Positions 13,741-17,913 of a stretch of 17,913 nt of DNA are shown in pieces. Both the position numbers and the translations under genes were made by a program. Position 1 is the stretch's first letter. The number at the start of each line of letters is the position of its first letter. The notes under the pieces are model-generated. The model made no database searches. It saw only the letters and a list, made by a program, of their open reading frames with translations, and had not been told where the DNA came from. Source of the stretch: a virus (lineage: Duplodnaviria > Heunggongvirae > Uroviricota > Caudoviricetes); the IMG/VR virus record IMGVR_UViG_2671181134_000011. One strand, given 5' to 3'.

Positions 13741-13925
13741 CTTCAGCATTTGCACTGGTGATGACGGTTTTTCTTATAACGGGTGAATAACAGAATGTGA
13801 TTACCGGAATTTATGCCAGTAAAGAATCCTGCCTCCAGGCAAGAGACGAGCAAAAAATTTCTGGTGAATGCCTACCGGTAAAAAAAGTATCGCTGAACCT
13901 GAATAACGAAACACCGGCTGGATAA
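13737..13925 (+). pseudogene. ydfD-like small membrane protein gene interrupted by in-frame TAA at codon 18
   Basis: ATG 13737 (ATGA overlap with the dicB stop): MTSAFALVMTVFLITGE, TAA at 13788-13790, then 44 further in-frame codons QNVITGIYASKESCLQARDEQKISGECLPVKKVSLNLNNETPAG to TAA at 13923-13925. Total 63 codons, the size and position of Qin ydfD as recalled. Confidence 0.45.
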
Positions 13926-14020
13926 CCCGCCAGCCATATTAACGCCATACCAACGGATTAAAAATGCCAGCAATAGCAGGGATTCGTTCACCCTGAAATC
14001 TGTAATGAGGTTAAAACACA

Positions 14021-16492
14021 ATGAATAAAATCTTTATTTGCGCTGCTATTCCTGACGAACAGGCCATAGAAGAAGATAGCGCTGTTGCGGTGGCCACTGC
14101 CATTGAAGCCGGTGATGAGCGTCGCGCACGCGCAAAATTTCACTGGCAATTTCTGGAGCAATTCCCGGCAGCTCAGGACTGCGCTTATAAATTTATTGTC
14201 TGCGAGGATAAACCCAGTATACCCCGCCCTGCCCTCGATTCCTGGGATACCGAATATATGCAGGAAAACCGCTGGGATGAGGAGTCTGCGTCCTTTGTCC
14301 CGGTCGAACCCGAATCCGATCCGATGAACGTCACTTTTGACAATCTGGCCCCTGAAGTACAGAACGCCGTCATGGTTAAGTTCGACGCATGTGAAAACAT
14401 CACTGTTGATATGGTGATTAGCGCTCAGGAATTGTTGCAGGAAGACATGGCAACATTCGACGGCCATATCGTTGAAGCGTTGATGAAGATGCCAGAAGTT
14501 AACGCCATGTATCCGGAGCTTAAGCTGCATGCCATCGGGTGGGTTAAGCATAAATGTAAACCTGCTGCTAAATGGCCCGAAATTCAGGCAGAGATGCGCA
14601 TCTGGAAAAAACGTCGCGAAAGTGAACGCAAGGAAACCGGGAAATACATATCTGTCGTTGATATCGCCCGTTCCAGAGTAAACCAACAGAACACTGAAAA
14701 CGCTGCTGAAAAAACCGGGGCTGTCACTGTTGCCGTTCGCCGCGAATACAAACAGACATGGAAAACACTCGACAATGAACTGGCCTGCGCCCTCTGGCCC
14801 GGTGATGTGGATGCAGGAAACATTGACGGTACCATCCATCGCTGGGCGACAAATGAGGTTATCGACAAGGATCGCGAAGACTGGAAGCGTATCTCAGCAT
14901 CAATGCGCAAACAGCCCGAAGCACTTGCCTATGACCGTCAGACTATTTTTGGCCTTGTTCGCGAACGTCCGATCGATATTCACAAAGATCCCGTTGCACT
15001 GAACAAATATATCAGCGAATACCTGACGACAAAGGGCGTGTTTGAACATGAAGAAACAGACCAGAGCTCTGCTGATGCTCTCCAGTCACCAGCAGCACAA
15101 ACTGCTCCAGTGGAGACGGCAGAATCCGATACTCAAAAAAATGAAATCCTGGTGGAAGCTGAACCATCTGTAGAGCGTGAAGGACCATTTTATTTCGTCT
15201 TTACCGATAAGGGCGGGGAAAAATACGGCAGGGCAAACAAACTTTCTGGTCTGGACAGGGCGCTGGCTGCCGGCGGTACCGAAATCTCAAAAGAAGAATA
15301 TTTTGCCCGAAAAAATGGCACATACACGGGCTTACCGCAAAATGTGGATAGCACTGAAGATTCCGAACAACCAGAGCCGGTAAAAGTTACCGCTGACGAA
15401 GTAAACAAAATTATGCAGGCAGCCAATATCAGCCAGCCTGACGCCGATAAATTGCTTGCTGCATCACGTGGTGAATTTGTTGAAGGGATTAGCGACCCGG
15501 ATGATCCGAAATGGGTGAAAGGGATCCAGAGTCGCGACGCTGAGGACCAGAATCAGCCCAACGTGAAACAAAATGAGCCAGAAGCGGAACAAAACAGCCC
15601 GGATACGCAACAAAACGGGCCAGAAGAACAACAACCAGAACCAGCAGTGCAACAGGAACTGGAAAAAGTTTGCACCGCATGCGGTCAGACCGGTGGCGGC
15701 AACTGTCCTGACTGTGGTGCGGTGATGGGGAACGCAACCTACCAGGAAACATTCGATGAAGAAAATCAGGCTGAAGCTCAGGAAAATGATCCGGAGGAAA
15801 TGGAAGGCACTGAACATCTGCACAAGGAGAACACTGTCAGCGATCAGTATCACGCCAGCGATAATAAAACTGGCGAAACAGCAAATCCCTTAATTAAAGT
15901 GAACGGTCATCATGAAACCACATCCACCAGCAGGTTGTGGCACCATCTGATGATTGACCTTGAAACAATGGGAAAAAATCCTGATGCGCCAATAAACGCT
16001 ATAGCCGGTAAGTTTTTTGATCCGGCAACCGGAGAGATGGGGCCAGAATTCAGCAAAACTATCGATCTGGAAACCGCAGGCGGGGTCATCGATCGGGACA
16101 CCATTAAGTGGTGGCTGAAACAGTCACGCGAAGCACAATCCGCCATTCTGACCGATGAAATCCCGTTGGATGATGCACTGCTGCAATTCCGGGAATTTAT
16201 CGACGAAAACTCCGGTGAATTTTTTGTTCAGGTCTGGGGTAACGGTGCAACTTTCGACAACGTGATTTTACGCCGTTCATATGAACGGCAGGGGATCCCC
16301 TGCCCGTGGCGTTACACCAATGATCGCGATGTAAGAACGATGGTTGCTCTGGGACTGGTGATGGATTTCGACGCAAGAACGACTATTCCATTCGAAGGTG
16401 AACGCCATAACGCGCTGCACGATGCGCGTTACCAAGCAAAATACGTTTCAGCCATCTGGCAAAAACTGATCCCGAGTCAGGCTGATTTTTAA
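14021..16492 (+). CDS. Large early-left protein (823 aa): N-terminal region of unknown function, acidic low-complexity linker with CxxC-x7-CxxC ribbon, C-terminal DEDDh 3'-5' exonuclease domain
   Basis: ATG 14021 with GAGG 10 nt upstream; single open frame to TAA 16490-16492. DnaQ-like motifs in order: MIDLETMG (D646, E648), WGNGATFDNV (D746), HNALHDARY (H796/H800, D801). Zn-ribbon CTACGQTGGGNCPDCG at nt 15671-15715. Directly upstream of xis-int. Confidence 0.8.
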   Translation: MNKIFICAAIPDEQAIEEDSAVAVATAIEAGDERRARAKFHWQFLEQFPAAQDCAYKFIVCEDKPSIPRPALDSWDTEYMQENRWDEESASFVPVEPESDPMNVTFDNLAPEVQNAVMVKFDACENITVDMVISAQELLQEDMATFDGHIVEALMKMPEVNAMYPELKLHAIGWVKHKCKPAAKWPEIQAEMRIWKKRRESERKETGKYISVVDIARSRVNQQNTENAAEKTGAVTVAVRREYKQTWKTLDNELACALWPGDVDAGNIDGTIHRWATNEVIDKDREDWKRISASMRKQPEALAYDRQTIFGLVRERPIDIHKDPVALNKYISEYLTTKGVFEHEETDQSSADALQSPAAQTAPVETAESDTQKNEILVEAEPSVEREGPFYFVFTDKGGEKYGRANKLSGLDRALAAGGTEISKEEYFARKNGTYTGLPQNVDSTEDSEQPEPVKVTADEVNKIMQAANISQPDADKLLAASRGEFVEGISDPDDPKWVKGIQSRDAEDQNQPNVKQNEPEAEQNSPDTQQNGPEEQQPEPAVQQELEKVCTACGQTGGGNCPDCGAVMGNATYQETFDEENQAEAQENDPEEMEGTEHLHKENTVSDQYHASDNKTGETANPLIKVNGHHETTSTSRLWHHLMIDLETMGKNPDAPINAIAGKFFDPATGEMGPEFSKTIDLETAGGVIDRDTIKWWLKQSREAQSAILTDEIPLDDALLQFREFIDENSGEFFVQVWGNGATFDNVILRRSYERQGIPCPWRYTNDRDVRTMVALGLVMDFDARTTIPFEGERHNALHDARYQAKYVSAIWQKLIPSQADF

Positions 16493-16556
16493 TGTTCAAC
16501 CCCGGTCGTCGCCCGCAAGCTATAGTGGCGGCGACCATGATTAGCGAACAACTCTC

Positions 16557-16805
16557 ATGGCAAGACTTATTCTTCTCACTGAGTGGGCAAAAGAGGAATT
16601 CAGTGACCCGGTCCCGACTCCGGGCACGTTAAGTAAATACGCTAAAGCCGGAATGATATTTCCTCTCCCCAAAAAAGTTGGAAGACACTGGCGAGTGGAT
16701 CCTCGAGCTCGCTTTGTCGGAATGGTAAACAAGCCGGAAGTGATCGCCACAGATCACCCTGCTTTGAAGAGGATACTGGAAGATGGCGCGCCCACGAAAA
16801 TATAA
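16557..16805 (+). CDS. xis: Excisionase (Xis-like)
   Basis: 82 aa, MARLILLTEWAKEEF...GMIFPLPKKVGRHWRV resembles the lambda Xis fold signature (LTLQEW...RIFPPPVKDGREY). Overlaps the int start by 23 nt, as in lambda. Confidence 0.7.
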   Translation: MARLILLTEWAKEEFSDPVPTPGTLSKYAKAGMIFPLPKKVGRHWRVDPRARFVGMVNKPEVIATDHPALKRILEDGAPTKI

Positions 16806-17913
16806 AACTGAAGTTCCGGGATTATCTCCGTATTTTGACAAAAGAAATAACAAAGTTTACTGGCGTTACAGGCATCCCATAACAGGAAAAAATCACGGAC
16901 TCGGCAGTATTGACCAGAAACAGGCAGAAGCTATTGCAGCAGAAGCGAACAGCCGTCTTGCCAGGCAACAAATGGAACAAATGCTCAGTCTGCAGGAGAA
17001 AATTATTAGTGATACCGGTAGTCCATCAACCGTTTCTGCTTTTCTGAATAGTTACCGAAAAATTCAACAGGAAAGATATGAAAACGGAGAGATCAAACTC
17101 AACACACTGAAACAGAAAGCATCCCCTCTCAGAGTATTTGATGAACGTTTTGGTACCAGACCATTAGATGCCATAACCGTAAAAGATGTGGTATCGGTGC
17201 TGGAAGATTACAAGGCAAAAGGACATAACAGAATGGGACAAATTTTCAGGAAAGTACTGATCGATGTTTTCCGGGAGGCCCAGCAAACGGGCGATGTCCC
17301 GCTAGGCTTTAACCCTGCAGAATCGGCAAAAAAACCACAGGTACGGATATCACGGCAACGACTGACCTTTGATGAGTGGATGATGATTTATAATGCAGCG
17401 GAAAAGGATGGTTACTTTTTACAGCGTGGTATGCTGCTGGCACTGATGACAGGCCAGCGCCTTTCAGATATTTGCAAAATGAAATTTTCGGATATCAGGG
17501 ATGGTTATCTTCATGTCGAACAGCAAAAAACAGGAACCCGGATTGCCATCCCTCTGGCTCTGCGTTACGATAAATTAAATCTCACCCTGGATGATGTGGT
17601 GTCATCCTGTCGCGATTGCGTTCTTAGTCCGTGGCTATTGCACCACCATCATGCTAAAGGGACAGCTAAGCGCGGCGGGATGGTTAAGCCAGCAACGTTA
17701 ACCGTTGCATTTAAAAAAGCCCGGGATTCTGTGGATTACAACTGGCGTGCTAATGGCACCCCACCCTCTTTCCATGAGCAGAGATCTTTATCAGAACGAT
17801 TGTTCAGAGAACAGGGAATTGATACCAAAATTTTGCTGGGCCATTCGAATCAAAAAATGACCGATATTTACAACGACGCACGCGGTAAGGAATGGAAAAA
17901 ACTGGTCATTTGA
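16783..17913 (+). CDS. int: Tyrosine integrase, lambda Int family (376 aa, complete)
   Basis: Catalytic-region motifs TGQRLSD, HVEQQKTGTRIAIP, HEQRSLSERL and LLGHSNQKMTDIYNDARGKEWKKL align with lambda Int (VVTGQRVGD, YVEQSKTGVKIAIP, HELRSLSARL, LLGHKSDTMASQYRDDRGREWDKI). Stop codon is the last three bases of the window. Confidence 0.9.
   Translation: MARPRKYKTEVPGLSPYFDKRNNKVYWRYRHPITGKNHGLGSIDQKQAEAIAAEANSRLARQQMEQMLSLQEKIISDTGSPSTVSAFLNSYRKIQQERYENGEIKLNTLKQKASPLRVFDERFGTRPLDAITVKDVVSVLEDYKAKGHNRMGQIFRKVLIDVFREAQQTGDVPLGFNPAESAKKPQVRISRQRLTFDEWMMIYNAAEKDGYFLQRGMLLALMTGQRLSDICKMKFSDIRDGYLHVEQQKTGTRIAIPLALRYDKLNLTLDDVVSSCRDCVLSPWLLHHHHAKGTAKRGGMVKPATLTVAFKKARDSVDYNWRANGTPPSFHEQRSLSERLFREQGIDTKILLGHSNQKMTDIYNDARGKEWKKLVI

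Larger units (their letters stand above)
1..17913. mobile_element. Segment of a lambdoid (Qin/Rac-like) prophage; neither att end is inside the window
   Basis: Gene order and orientation match a lambdoid genome read in reverse: int and xis on plus; repressor divergent from cro/cII-like genes; O-like and dnaC-like replication genes, nin-like block, rusA, Q-like gene and late-region nanS-p-like gene all on minus. Confidence 0.85.

Noticed and set aside
13247-13786. Minus-strand ORFs 13247-13465, 13404-13643, 13564-13755 and plus ORF 13595-13786
   Set aside because: They overlap the DicF-like sRNA and dicB on the opposite strand or in alternative frames, lack SDs and have no recognisable motifs.
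13988-16146. Minus-strand ORFs 13988-14839 (283 aa), 14185-14403, 14584-14910, 15190-15426, 15464-15853, 15489-15752, 15910-16146 and plus ORFs 14085-14327, 14730-15002, 15177-15383
   Set aside because: All lie within the 823-aa plus-strand gene, whose frame is continuous and ends in a conserved DEDDh domain; the antisense ORFs are low-complexity shadows.
16541-16853. Minus-strand ORFs 16541-16750 and 16629-16853
   Set aside because: Antisense to the xis and int starts, which have clear family signatures.
1-17913. Insertion sequences or transposase genes
   Set aside because: No transposase-like ORF or terminal inverted repeats flanking a transposase were seen; the only tyrosine recombinase is the prophage integrase.

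Overview
This window reads as an ~18 kb slice of a lambdoid (Qin/Rac-type) prophage from an Escherichia/Shigella-like host, in inverted orientation relative to the lambda map. All homology statements come from reading translations by eye; no database search was run. Low to high coordinate: (1) a 3'-truncated NanS-p-like sialate O-acetylesterase on the minus strand (1-1917), absent from the ORF track because its stop lies off-window; (2) an ~0.8 kb Q-nanS interval with a 42-N assembly gap, two intrinsic terminators and a pR'-like promoter; (3) Q-like antiterminator, RusA, a DUF968/YdfU-like protein, a rem-like ORF and a complete hok/sok-type toxin locus; (4) a nin-like block of about eleven small, mostly uncharacterised, translationally coupled genes; (5) a dnaC-like helicase-loader gene broken by one in-frame TAG, an O-like initiator with in-gene iterons, and YdaT-/YdaS-like early regulators; (6) a divergent DicA/RacR-like repressor flanked by TACC-N4-GGTA palindromes; (7) a plus-strand early-left operon with a ydfA-like gene, a shortened DicF-like sRNA, dicB, an ochre-interrupted ydfD-like gene, an 823-aa protein with a C-terminal DEDDh 3'-5' exonuclease domain, xis, and a full-length tyrosine integrase ending at the window edge. 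No rRNA, tRNA, CRISPR array or IS element was recognised. The best candidates for something undescribed are the 823-aa exonuclease fusion, which sits in the recE/exo slot with no annealase partner, and the uncharacterised nin block. Also notable are the two nonsense-interrupted genes and the DicF variant with its long-range inverted repeats.
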